Origin: Ferruginibacter sp.
GTDB taxonomy: Bacteria > Bacteroidota > Bacteroidia > Chitinophagales > Chitinophagaceae
NCBI GenBank assembly: GCA_039922055.1
Contig: JBDSAP010000065.1
Coordinates: 360 to 64,359, forward strand
Direction: 5' to 3'
Length of the DNA stretch: 64,000 nt
Under the pieces are notes generated by a model that did not search any database, had not been told where the DNA came from, and saw only the letters and a program-made list of their open reading frames with translations. The stretch's first letter is position 1. Each line of letters opens with the position of its first letter. The translations under genes and the position numbers were made by a program. Shown here one piece after another: positions 24,881 to 34,995 of this stretch.

Positions 24881-27643
24881 TTACTTTGTTACGGAGTTAT
24901 AAGAATAATTGCCCGATCCGGTGCTGACTACTGCGTAGCCCTTTTCATAACGGATCACTTTTACCGGTTTGCCATTTTCAGAAACTTCTCCATTTGGTTT
25001 TGATGGAATATATACGGTAGCCGTAGTGTTTGCAGGGATAGAAATTTTCAACAAACAATTATTTCCGTTTAGCGCCCAATCACTTGCGATCGTTCCTCTC
25101 ACTGAATTATAGCTTCCCCTGGCCCATGTAAGATCGCCTGCGGGCTGTGGTTTTATAATGATCTTTTCAAAACCCGGCCCCGCGGTATTGATGCCGAGCA
25201 AGGAACGATAGAACCATTCATCGATGGAACCAAACATTGGGTGGTTGCGGGATGCGCCTGTCTCAGGAAATTTCCAGGCTTCCCATAAAGTTGTCGCATT
25301 TTTTTGCAGCATGTGTCCCCAGCCGGGATAATCTTTCTGATTGGCGATCCTGTAGGCGATATCATTCATGTCATTGTCACGCAATACATCAAACATCATT
25401 TTTGTGGAATATATCCCTGTTGAAAGATGCCAGTTGTGTCTTGCAAATTCGTCCAGCAATATCTTCAACGAATTATCTTTTTCGCTTGAAAGCCCGTACC
25501 ATAAAGCAAAGAGCTGGGCGCTTTGTGTTGCATTATCAAATCGGCCGGTATTGGGTACCAGGTATTTCTGAACGATGCTGCGCTTGACCCGTTGTGCAAG
25601 CTTGGTATATTCGGCGGCATCGGCAGATTTACCCAGGATACCTGCGAACTCAGCGCCCAGCAAAGCGTGGTGATAATAAAATGCGGCAGCGGTAAACGCT
25701 TCCGGCTTGGTGTCAATAGCTTCGTGATCACTGATATCCCAATGAAATAAGCCCTCAATAGCTTTCGATTGTAAAAAATCGAGCTGCTTTTTAAACGCCT
25801 CATAATTATCCTGGATGATGCGCTTATCGCCATAATAATCATACAATTGTTTTTGTACAAATGGAAAAGCCAACTCCCATCCCAGCGGGCCTGAGTCGCC
25901 GCCATAGCCCCTGTCAGCAATTCCGGTAAATGGCGCAATCTCGGTAATGCCTCCATCCGGTTGTTGCTCGTTGGCAAAATCTTTTACAGTTTTGGTGTAA
26001 AAATTTGCCATATCGTAATTATAAATAAATGCATTTGCAGTAACTGCTATGTCGGCCCCATAGCCCATCTTTTCCCGGGCGGGGCAATCAGATTGAACGC
26101 TGAAAATATTACTTAAAAAAGTCCATTGAATTACGTCATGCAACTTATTAAACATATCATTGGAACAGGCAAATGTTCCATTCTGCGGAAGATCAGTATT
26201 CATCCGCAATCCCTCTATGTCATCCACGGTTGGCCTGCCCGGCCATCCTGTTATTTCAACATACCGGAAACCATGAAAAGTAAACCGTGGATTCCATGTT
26301 TCAATACTGCCGCCGCCTTTTAAAATATATCCATCTTCCTGCCACGCAGTTTCAGGTGCGCCAGGGCCTCCTTTGATGCCGCCTTTTTTTATTTGTGTTG
26401 CCACTGCTGTCATTAAATTGATAGAGCCATCTGCAAAAATGTCTTCGCCTAAGCGCATGGTTATTTTTGTGCCGGCATTGCCCTTTACTTTTATTCGGGC
26501 CACACCTGCAAAATTCTGTCCCATATCTACAATAAAAGTGTCTGGCTTTATTTCTGTGATGCTAACAGGTTTTATCAGCTTTGTTATTTTAATTGCAGGC
26601 TGCATTTGTACGGTGAGCGCACCAGAAGGTCCTTGTACGATCACTGCTTTTTTCCAAACAGTTGCATCCTGACCTGTGGCGTTCCAATTCTTTTGTTCGA
26701 GCCTTGCATCATATAATTCGCCGAGATAAACATTATTTTTAACGATAGGCCCCGGCGCCGTTTGCCAGCTTTCATCTGTTAATATATTTTGAGTAGATCC
26801 GTCATTATAATTGATATGTATTTCCGCCTTTACACAGGGCCGCCCGGTTTGCTGATAGTTGCGAAGATCCCATCGCCCAAATAGTTTAAATGGCAACGGA
26901 TTCCACCATCCACTCCCTAACATTACAGCAGCTACGTTGGTTCCGTTTTTCAAGAATGATGTAACATCATGCACCACATACAATACCTGCTTGCGATAAG
27001 TAGTAAAGCCGGGATCCAGCACATGATCGCTTATTTTTACTCCGTTGATATATGCTTCGTAATAGCCTACACCGCTGATATATAAACGTGCCGAGGTCAC
27101 TTTCTTTGCCGCCTTAAAATCTTTTCTCAATAAAGGCATGCCATCAGGTTTATAGTAATCTTCATCCTTTTCGGGATTCCTGCTTCCATCATTTATCCAC
27201 TGCGCTTTCCATGCACTTGCGTCAAGCATGGCAGTTTCAAACCAATTGATATTGCTCCATGCTGATGCGCCGCCATTTTGATCATACACTTTCACCCTCC
27301 AGTAATACCTCGTGAAAGACTTCAATGCATTGCCTTTATATTCTACTTGTATATTTTGCGCCGAAGTTATTTTACCGGTAGACCAGGTGTTGCCTTTGCC
27401 CTGCCGGATATCTTTTTCATTATCACTTACAATTATTTCATAAGCGGATTGTGACTGGTTTCGTTCTGTGCTTTTAAACGTCCAGCTTAAGCGGGGAATT
27501 TTTGTATCAATACCCAATGGATTTTCGATATACTCGCAGGTTAGTAAACCAGGTTCTAATGGCGAAGCGGCGCTCACCATAATAAAAGAAGAAGCTATCA
27601 AAATAAAAAACAAACACAATTTTTTCATCGCGAGTTTTTTCAT
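24881..27643 (-). CDS. alpha-L-rhamnosidase, GH78 (copy 2)
   Basis: The likely start is M12 (27643) or M17 (27628), giving MKKLAMKKLCLFFILIASSFIMVSA. Motifs PRLSWTF, FHGFRYVEI and DCPAREKMGYGAD are present. Confidence 0.9.
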   Translation of the reverse strand: MKKLAMKKLCLFFILIASSFIMVSAASPLEPGLLTCEYIENPLGIDTKIPRLSWTFKSTERNQSQSAYEIIVSDNEKDIRQGKGNTWSTGKITSAQNIQVEYKGNALKSFTRYYWRVKVYDQNGGASAWSNINWFETAMLDASAWKAQWINDGSRNPEKDEDYYKPDGMPLLRKDFKAAKKVTSARLYISGVGYYEAYINGVKISDHVLDPGFTTYRKQVLYVVHDVTSFLKNGTNVAAVMLGSGWWNPLPFKLFGRWDLRNYQQTGRPCVKAEIHINYNDGSTQNILTDESWQTAPGPIVKNNVYLGELYDARLEQKNWNATGQDATVWKKAVIVQGPSGALTVQMQPAIKITKLIKPVSITEIKPDTFIVDMGQNFAGVARIKVKGNAGTKITMRLGEDIFADGSINLMTAVATQIKKGGIKGGPGAPETAWQEDGYILKGGGSIETWNPRFTFHGFRYVEITGWPGRPTVDDIEGLRMNTDLPQNGTFACSNDMFNKLHDVIQWTFLSNIFSVQSDCPAREKMGYGADIAVTANAFIYNYDMANFYTKTVKDFANEQQPDGGITEIAPFTGIADRGYGGDSGPLGWELAFPFVQKQLYDYYGDKRIIQDNYEAFKKQLDFLQSKAIEGLFHWDISDHEAIDTKPEAFTAAAFYYHHALLGAEFAGILGKSADAAEYTKLAQRVKRSIVQKYLVPNTGRFDNATQSAQLFALWYGLSSEKDNSLKILLDEFARHNWHLSTGIYSTKMMFDVLRDNDMNDIAYRIANQKDYPGWGHMLQKNATTLWEAWKFPETGASRNHPMFGSIDEWFYRSLLGINTAGPGFEKIIIKPQPAGDLTWARGSYNSVRGTIASDWALNGNNCLLKISIPANTTATVYIPSKPNGEVSENGKPVKVIRYEKGYAVVSTGSGNYSYNSVTK

Positions 27644-27728
27644 GATCTTAAATAAAAATTGATACAACGATTTCAACTAACATTCACTGGTCACTCGTTG
27701 CTCATTATTGTTATGCAATATATTGTAG

Positions 27729-27869
27729 TAAACAAGGGATAAAATAATGAACAATTTTTTTGAACCCAGCAGAAGTTTTTCAATTAAGCTTCAGTGGCGT
27801 CGCACTCTTGTACATTTTATCAATGAGGAGCAAAATACCAGGTCACTAATTTATCCTTTGCGCAGTATA
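27729..27869. repeat. 142-bp conserved intergenic element, copy 3 of 3, flanked by a 13-bp direct repeat
   Basis: See 3464-3606. This copy is flanked by identical ATGCAATATATTG at 27713-27725 and 27872-27884. Confidence 0.9.
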
Positions 27870-28003
27870 CAATGCAATATATTGGTAAAACAGGAAGCAG
27901 GAGTACCGGTCATATAAATAAGAATGCCTCTCCTATTTTAGTATGTGTTTGCGGCAAGTTCACTCTTGTACATGATGATCGGGAAATCTTTCATTACACC
28001 AAC

Positions 28004-28046
28004 TTCTAAAAATAAGTGTCGCCCTAAAAAGAATTAAAGGGCGACA
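28004..28046 (-). terminator. intrinsic terminator after susD-like gene
   Basis: A 9-bp stem pairs TGTCGCCCT (28017-28025) with AGGGCGACA (28038-28046). On the minus strand it is followed by CTTATTTTTAG. Confidence 0.6.
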
Positions 28047-28151
28047 GCTTAGCTATTATGAAAATTAAAACTTTAATGACCGGACAGGTTATTACAAATG
28101 CATTACCTGTTGAGAAACACTGCCGATCATAAGCTCTTTATATTAGTGAGA

Positions 28152-29681
28152 TTAGTAGCCAGGGTTTTGTGTAACATTTGGATTTACATCCGTTTCATTG
28201 TTCGGAATCGGGAATAAAAGATTGGTGAGTTTAAAGCCTATATCCGTAGAAGCCAATGAACTGAAGAATGCATTGTTCAGTGTAATATACCCAGCCATGT
28301 GCCAACGCCTCAAGTCGAACCAACGATGCCCCTCACCTGCCAGTTCCATTAGCCTTTCATCCATGATCCATTGCATAATGGTTGTTTTATTTGTTTCTGC
28401 CGTAGACAGATCTGCCGGCTGAGTTCCGCCGGCAGCCATACTACGGGCACGTGCTCTTACCTGGTTTATAAGTCCGATGGCTTCTACGGTAGAGCCACCT
28501 GATTGGAGCACCGCCTCTGCTTTCAATAACAGCACATCCGCATACCGAAGAATTCTGTGATTGTTCCTGGTAACAACACCGCCATCATCACTGCCTCCAT
28601 CCTTCACGTATTTGACAAAATTATCTTTATCAGCGGTTAACGTATAAGGCAAGCGGGGATCCGAAGCATGGTAAATATTTTTGATTTTATCGGTGGCTGA
28701 ATAACGCCCGCCTCCCATATAACCGCCGTTACCATCGGAAAACATTTGATAGTAAGCTCCTGCAACGCCACAGTCGCAAATATCGTTTGCAAGCCAGGAA
28801 TTTTGACCTGTCCCTAAAATGTTAGGTCCGGCCTGGTATTCAAATAAAGATTCAGAGTTATTTTCTTTTGCGAGATTAAAATTATCACCAAAATTGTCGG
28901 TTAAACTTACACCAGTGATCTTATTAAACGCCACAATAGCCGCCTGGTAATCGGCCACGTTTTTTGTTGCCGATGCACGGTAAGTCAACACCTTACCGAG
29001 CAGTCCATTTGCAGAATTTATTGTAACCCTGCCAAGGTCGTTGGCAGACCATGAAGCAGGTAGTAAACCTGCTGCTTGTGTAAGATCTGAAACAACCTGG
29101 GTCAGCAATTCTGTTCCCTTTGATCCCGGAAGATTAAACTGTTCCGTTGTTTTCGGAACTATTGTATCTATTGGCGCAGTACCAAAAAGATTCCATAAAT
29201 GAAAGTGAGCAAATGCCCTAAGAAACAACGCTTCACCCATCACCGCATTTTTATTGGCAGGTGTTGTAAAAACTCCAGACGGCGCTGTAGCTGCTCGTTC
29301 TATCACTTTATTAGCTCTCCCGATCATGATATAGCTGCTCTTCCATACCTGATTGAGCGAACCATTACCAGAAGATAATCCTTTAAAAATTTCGAAAGAA
29401 TTTCCATTACCGATCGTAAGGTCATCACCCGGAAGGAACCAAGCCTGCAACTCTGCATTACCGAAGCCACCGCCCGAATTAGAAGACGAATAGTAATCGT
29501 TGAGTATAGCATACACACCCATCATAGCTGTTCTGAATTCAGCTTCAGAAGTAAAATACGTTGATTCCGATTGCGTAGGCGATGAAAGATCCAGGTTCTT
29601 TTTATTGCAGGCCAGGTAAAGAACCGGCGTAAGAACAAGTAAACACACCGACAGTTTAACTTTATTAGATAATCGTTTCAT
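28152..29681 (-). CDS. susD: SusD/RagB-family nutrient-binding outer-membrane lipoprotein
   Basis: Lipobox ...VLYLACNKK. The ORF is 509 aa and sits directly downstream of the SusC-like gene with a 16-nt gap. It ends in the family-typical ...NVTQNPGY. Confidence 0.9.
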   Translation of the reverse strand: MKRLSNKVKLSVCLLVLTPVLYLACNKKNLDLSSPTQSESTYFTSEAEFRTAMMGVYAILNDYYSSSNSGGGFGNAELQAWFLPGDDLTIGNGNSFEIFKGLSSGNGSLNQVWKSSYIMIGRANKVIERAATAPSGVFTTPANKNAVMGEALFLRAFAHFHLWNLFGTAPIDTIVPKTTEQFNLPGSKGTELLTQVVSDLTQAAGLLPASWSANDLGRVTINSANGLLGKVLTYRASATKNVADYQAAIVAFNKITGVSLTDNFGDNFNLAKENNSESLFEYQAGPNILGTGQNSWLANDICDCGVAGAYYQMFSDGNGGYMGGGRYSATDKIKNIYHASDPRLPYTLTADKDNFVKYVKDGGSDDGGVVTRNNHRILRYADVLLLKAEAVLQSGGSTVEAIGLINQVRARARSMAAGGTQPADLSTAETNKTTIMQWIMDERLMELAGEGHRWFDLRRWHMAGYITLNNAFFSSLASTDIGFKLTNLLFPIPNNETDVNPNVTQNPGY

Positions 29682-29697
29682 ATAAAAGATTTGATAA

Positions 29698-32600
29698 TTA
29701 GAAGGAAGCTTTTAGGCCAAATAAAAATTGTCTTGTACTGGGATAAACATCATTTTCAGGATCAATACCGGTATAATCTGTTACAGTAAAAAGGTTAATT
29801 GCAGATATGTACAAACGGAAATTTTGAATTGCTCCTTTTGTATGATCGATCCATGATTTTGGGAAATTATATCCCAGTTGAACATTTTGCAAACGTAGAT
29901 AGCCTGCATTTTCTACAAACCTATCAGAGAACCTTGTATTTTGATTTGGATCTCCGTAAACCGCTCTTGGCATATTGGTAGAATGATTGGCTGGCGTCCA
30001 GGCATTTAACACGCTGGTGAAAACGTTTCTTCCATACCCATTCAAACCTTCTGCGCCGGCACGGGTACCGTTGTATTTTTGCACATCACCCCTTCCCTGG
30101 AAAAAAATAGATAAATCAAATCCTTTGAAGTCTGCACTTGCAGTGAACCCGTAATAATAACCCGGACTTGTTTTGCCCAGGTAATCCTGGTCGTTTGAAT
30201 TGATCACACTGTCTTTGGTAAAGTTGCGATCTGTACTGCCGGCTGTCGGAGCACCATACAAGTTTTGATACCAGATATCACCAGGCTTTTGTTGTCTTGA
30301 GTTTAGATCTTCAACCGACTGGTTAAATTTTGCGATTTCTGCATCACTCTGGAATATTCCACCTACTTTATATCCATAAATAAATCCAATCGGGCGACCT
30401 ACTTCAAGCCCCGCACCTCTTAACGCGGTATTGTTTAATAAACTTAATACTTCATTGTGGACTGTAGTAAAATTCCCCGTAAGTGAAGTACCTAACTCGC
30501 CGAACCTTTTATTATAGGATGCCTGGAATTCAAAGCCACTATTGAGTACTTCAGCTATATTCAGATCTGCCGTTCCACTGAAACCTGTTGTGGGAGCCAG
30601 GTTAACAGATTGAATAATGCCTTTGGTTTTTCTATTGTAATAATCCACCGTTAGCGATAGTTTATTATTAAGCATCAGGGCATCAAAACCTATATTGGCG
30701 GAATGTACTTTCTCCCACGTTAATTTTTCAGTAGCAAAAGTATTGAAGCTGATACCCAGGTTATTGAATGTTGGCGAACCGGTTCCATACGAAGGGAGTG
30801 TGGCTCCTGCGGTAGAAATATATTTCCACCCTGCCGTAGTATTTTCATTACCTAATAAACCATAACCTGCACGTATTTTCAGGTCGTTCAAAAACTTAAT
30901 AGGCTGCATAAAACTTTCCTGCGAAATACGCCATGCAACAGAGCCCGATGGGAAAGTACCCCACTTATGACCAGGAGCAAAACGGGATGATCCGTCCCTC
31001 CTTACAACAATATCCGCATAATATTTATGGCTTAAATTATAACTCACCCTTGCTAAATAACCTATCAGTGCCCATGCACCCCTGTTCTCAGCAAAGCCCG
31101 TACTGTTTGGGCCGGGGCTAAACACCCGTAGCGAGGGATCGGCGGTGAGAATAGAACTATTGGCCCCACTGGTTGACCATTTATAATTCTGTTCTGATGC
31201 ATCCAGTGTTACATTTAAATTATGCTCGCCAAAACTTTTTAAATAATCAATGTTAACCGCCTTTGTTATATTGGTAACAACGCTGGTTCCATGAGATATA
31301 ATGTTTGGTTCTGTACCTGCAATCGGTACCGGAACGGAGGCGAACGGGTTGGACGGCGTTTCCCCAAATAACCAATTAGCATAGGCTGCATAATTATCTG
31401 TAGTGATAGTAGTTTGTTGACCACTAACCGAACCTTTAATGCGAAGGCCCTCGATCGGTTGAAACTGTAAATAACCGCTTCCGATTGCCGCCTGTGTTTG
31501 GTTTTTATTATCTGATGTCGCGAGGTTCCCTAACACGTTTGTATAAGCCACAAACTGCCGTCCGTATAAGGTGCTGATGTTGCCTGCATCGGGACTAAAA
31601 TCTGTATCCGGATTTACCACGCCATTCGCCTCCCAAATGGGTGCAAATCCCATTGGGCCGGTTGGGTCATAGATTTGCTGCCAGGGAGCTGCCCGCCATA
31701 CATCGAGGCTTATACTTGCATCAGGGTTTTTCGTCATTGTTTGTACACCCCTGATGTTGATACCCGCTTCAAAATATTTTCCAATTTTTGTAATAACATT
31801 TGATGAGATGCTATAACGTTTAGCGTTGTAACCAACAAACGGACCATCGTTATTTGAATAGCCAACAGAAAAATTATAGTTGGTATTCTCGGTAGCGCCA
31901 CTGGCTCTTAAGTTGTAGTTCGAAAGCTTTGAATCATGATTGATCACGGCGTCCTGCCAATCATACGTTCCCCTGTTACCAATATAGTTTGGATCGGTAG
32001 GATTCCATAACGGTCCAAAAAATTCAGCGCTTTCGATCGGCACTAAAGCACCTCCTGAAGTCTTATCCGGATTCGCGTTATACACATCTGTATAAAATTT
32101 GGTGTACTGCTGGGTGTTTAATACGTCGTATGTTTTAGGGATTTTTTGACTCCCATACTGTGCATCAAAATCAACCCTCACCCTGCCACGCTTACCCTGC
32201 TTTGTAGTAATTAAGATTACACCGTTTGCAGCCCTCACGCCATATACTGCTGCCGCAGAGGCATCTTTCAATACTGAAATAGATTCAATATCATTAGGGT
32301 TGATAATCGTATAAATGTTAACAGGGCCTCTGCGGGTAGGATCGTTCGTTGGGTCAACTACAGCTCCGGAACCTCCTTCATAAAAAGGCACGCCATCAAT
32401 TACGTAAAGCGGATCTGCATTATTGAAAGAAGTGGTACCCCGTATGCGTATAGTTGGCCGCGATGTTGGGTTTCCGCCGCCGGACACAACATTAACACCT
32501 GCCATCTGGCCCTGCATTGCAAGTTCCGGGCTAAGTGCTGTACTCTTTTCAATATCCTTAACTCCTACCGTTGATATCGCACCGGTCACATCTCTTTTTT

Positions 32601-32976
32601 GCCGGGTGCCATACCCAATTACCACTACGTCAGATAATTGTGCAGACTTCGAGTTAAGGGAAACATTAACAGCCTCGCTGTTGGCAACCGATTCAACGGT
32701 GTTGAAACCAACAGACGAAAAGACGAGCGTAGCGCCCCTGGGAGCTTTGATACGATAATCACCCGCTGATGTGGTTACCACCCCACCCCTACTGGCCGCA
32801 CCTTTTATGAAAACGCTTACTCCACTTAATGGATTTTTGGTGGAGTCATCAACAACCTTGCCCGTAACTGTGATATCCTGTGAAAAAACAGTTGAGGAAA
32901 GAAAAAGAAAAAAAGGTAAAATAGTTAAGAATCTCAATTTGTAAGAATTGAATAATTTCCAAGTCATAGCAATCAT
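29698..32976 (-). CDS. susC: SusC/RagA-family TonB-dependent outer-membrane transporter
   Basis: The likely start is M19 at 32976. It has a signal peptide and a CarboxypepD_reg-like N-domain (ITVTGKVVDDSTKNPLSGVSVFIKG). The plug region is DVVVIGYGTRQKRDVTGA. A beta-barrel of about 1,000 aa ends in ...GLKASF. Confidence 0.92.
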   Translation of the reverse strand: MIAMTWKLFNSYKLRFLTILPFFLFLSSTVFSQDITVTGKVVDDSTKNPLSGVSVFIKGAASRGGVVTTSAGDYRIKAPRGATLVFSSVGFNTVESVANSEAVNVSLNSKSAQLSDVVVIGYGTRQKRDVTGAISTVGVKDIEKSTALSPELAMQGQMAGVNVVSGGGNPTSRPTIRIRGTTSFNNADPLYVIDGVPFYEGGSGAVVDPTNDPTRRGPVNIYTIINPNDIESISVLKDASAAAVYGVRAANGVILITTKQGKRGRVRVDFDAQYGSQKIPKTYDVLNTQQYTKFYTDVYNANPDKTSGGALVPIESAEFFGPLWNPTDPNYIGNRGTYDWQDAVINHDSKLSNYNLRASGATENTNYNFSVGYSNNDGPFVGYNAKRYSISSNVITKIGKYFEAGINIRGVQTMTKNPDASISLDVWRAAPWQQIYDPTGPMGFAPIWEANGVVNPDTDFSPDAGNISTLYGRQFVAYTNVLGNLATSDNKNQTQAAIGSGYLQFQPIEGLRIKGSVSGQQTTITTDNYAAYANWLFGETPSNPFASVPVPIAGTEPNIISHGTSVVTNITKAVNIDYLKSFGEHNLNVTLDASEQNYKWSTSGANSSILTADPSLRVFSPGPNSTGFAENRGAWALIGYLARVSYNLSHKYYADIVVRRDGSSRFAPGHKWGTFPSGSVAWRISQESFMQPIKFLNDLKIRAGYGLLGNENTTAGWKYISTAGATLPSYGTGSPTFNNLGISFNTFATEKLTWEKVHSANIGFDALMLNNKLSLTVDYYNRKTKGIIQSVNLAPTTGFSGTADLNIAEVLNSGFEFQASYNKRFGELGTSLTGNFTTVHNEVLSLLNNTALRGAGLEVGRPIGFIYGYKVGGIFQSDAEIAKFNQSVEDLNSRQQKPGDIWYQNLYGAPTAGSTDRNFTKDSVINSNDQDYLGKTSPGYYYGFTASADFKGFDLSIFFQGRGDVQKYNGTRAGAEGLNGYGRNVFTSVLNAWTPANHSTNMPRAVYGDPNQNTRFSDRFVENAGYLRLQNVQLGYNFPKSWIDHTKGAIQNFRLYISAINLFTVTDYTGIDPENDVYPSTRQFLFGLKASF

Positions 32977-33276
32977 TTTAGCGTTAGGTAAATATGAATT
33001 CCGGAGTGACGTCTTATGGGAGTCCACCATAAATTCAAACGTAATATAGAAGTACTTAAATGTTTTCCTGTACTGTACTATGCTGAATGGAGTTAAATAT
33101 TCTAAAGGTTTTCTCAGTGGCCCAAACGAATCTGAACCAATATATTATTCGTTTAAAAGACAGCAATAACCGGGATAAAAAAATTAGAAGGGAAGAATAA
33201 TCTGGCAGGATTGTAACCGTCGGAGAGGAAAATATTATTCTAAAAAATTGCAACTCAATGCCCAAATAAGAGCAAT

Positions 33277-34800
33277 TTATTTTGAGTATGTTTTATTCCG
33301 TAATAGCATCAAGCTTGACTTTTGCTTATCACTTTTTTTCCACGCCTCCTGCTGGCCCGGCACAGGTGGAACAAGACCGCCTAATACAATATCGTCATCC
33401 CCATCGCCATCAATATCACCGGCATCGATGGTGAGCCATTTGCCTTCGTTAAATTCCTTAATTGAAGTTGCATAAAATTGAAAGGATTTTTTTTGTTCTA
33501 AATAAATAAAGGATTCCTGTGGCTGATTTTTCACATCGGGGAAATAGGATATAGCCGCAATATCAAGGTCTCCATCTTTATCGAAATCACGGGCAGTTGC
33601 CTTGAAACATCCGTTTACGGGAAAGAAATATTTTTGCGAGAAACTATTGTGGCCATCATTTAAAAAAATATAGATACCATGATAGTTTTTTAACACACCG
33701 GAAGTGTAATCAGCATTGTCTCCACAGGTATATAAAATATCCTTAAAGCCATCATTATTAAAATCAATCAACTCAAAATAACTTGATCCGTATATTGCAG
33801 GAAAGCGTAAAACTTCCTTTGTTTCAAATTGGCCGTTACCCTTGTTGAGCAGTAAATAAATACCTTCCTGTGCCTGTGCCATCAGCACCATAATATCAGG
33901 GAGGCCATCGCGGTTGAAATCATCTATATATGCCCTGATTGCCCCGGGCAATTGTCTCAATATTTGCGGTTCAAATTTGCCTGTATCTGTCTTTTTTATT
34001 TTTATTAACCCTCCGGAAATTTTATTACCAAATCCACAAACAACATACTCGTTTTCCCCATTTTCTTTAGTTGGAAATTCGATGGCCTGGACTGGCCGCG
34101 GAAGACCATTGAATAACCTGCCATGAGCCACCAGTAACCCTTTTTTAGAAATGCTGAAACTATCAACAGTGCCCACTGACAGGTCATTTGGATTCATTAT
34201 TCCTATGTTAGTCATTATGCCATGCCGCCCTCCAGGACTGGACAAAGGGTCTTTAAAATACATATCCACAACTACACCATTCGCTTTAAACTCATCCACC
34301 CGGTTAAGCTCAGCGTCATAAATATTCATGGTAGAATCAAATGCATCGGCAGCATATATCCAATGATTGCCCGGATCAATCTTTACATACGATGTTGATG
34401 GATAGTGCCCTTGCGGCGGAACAATTTTTATAGCCGAAAAAAGACCGGTATATTCCGTTACTGCCGGCCTGCCCTGCTCCGGCATTTTAGCAGGCGCTTC
34501 GCTTACATAAAAGTTCACTATTTTGTTCCAATCCTCTGGTGAAATAGCGTTGCCCTTAAAATTATCTAAAGGAAGCTGATACAAATAATCAATGCCTAAC
34601 ATGGCGCCCATTGGTGGAAGAACATTTTGCTTCCAGCTATTTTTATCGAGTAGCCCTGGCTCAGGAAAAAGGTGACATGAGCTGCAATATTTTTTCGCTG
34701 TTTGTTCGCCTGCTGATTCTTTTTTAGTGTGGAGATTGTTACAACTGATTATAAAAAAAGAGATAAATAAGCACCAGGCATAGTACTTCATAATTTTCAA
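33277..34800 (-). CDS. exported protein with N-terminal CxxCH (c-type haem) motif fused to FG-GAP/VCBS repeats
   Basis: The haem-binding-type motif KKYCSSCHLFPEP lies after the signal sequence. C-terminal repeats include DFNRDGLPDIM, DFNNDGFKDIL, DFDKDGDLDIA and DIDGDGDDDIV. Confidence 0.75.
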   Translation of the reverse strand: MKIMKYYAWCLFISFFIISCNNLHTKKESAGEQTAKKYCSSCHLFPEPGLLDKNSWKQNVLPPMGAMLGIDYLYQLPLDNFKGNAISPEDWNKIVNFYVSEAPAKMPEQGRPAVTEYTGLFSAIKIVPPQGHYPSTSYVKIDPGNHWIYAADAFDSTMNIYDAELNRVDEFKANGVVVDMYFKDPLSSPGGRHGIMTNIGIMNPNDLSVGTVDSFSISKKGLLVAHGRLFNGLPRPVQAIEFPTKENGENEYVVCGFGNKISGGLIKIKKTDTGKFEPQILRQLPGAIRAYIDDFNRDGLPDIMVLMAQAQEGIYLLLNKGNGQFETKEVLRFPAIYGSSYFELIDFNNDGFKDILYTCGDNADYTSGVLKNYHGIYIFLNDGHNSFSQKYFFPVNGCFKATARDFDKDGDLDIAAISYFPDVKNQPQESFIYLEQKKSFQFYATSIKEFNEGKWLTIDAGDIDGDGDDDIVLGGLVPPVPGQQEAWKKSDKQKSSLMLLRNKTYSK

Positions 34801-34995
34801 ATTATAAACAAGGGTAGCACATTATTGGTATAATTCCTAAAAGGAAGATCCCGGACGATCTCTCAAAAACCAAATGCTAAATTCATCACGTGACAAAGAA
34901 AAATAAATTTAAACGCGAGAGCTCATTGAATTTTACTTTATTACTTTTTTATCTTTAACCTTAACAACAACTTTATAAACTACTATTTATTTTAT

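Noticed and set aside
21147-26672. Numerous 60-170-aa ORFs nested in or antisense to the VCBS and GH78-2 genes (e.g. 23719-24093, 25465-25977, 26373-26672)
   Set aside because: All are embedded in long ORFs with strong family motifs, and none has independent features. They are treated as shadow ORFs.
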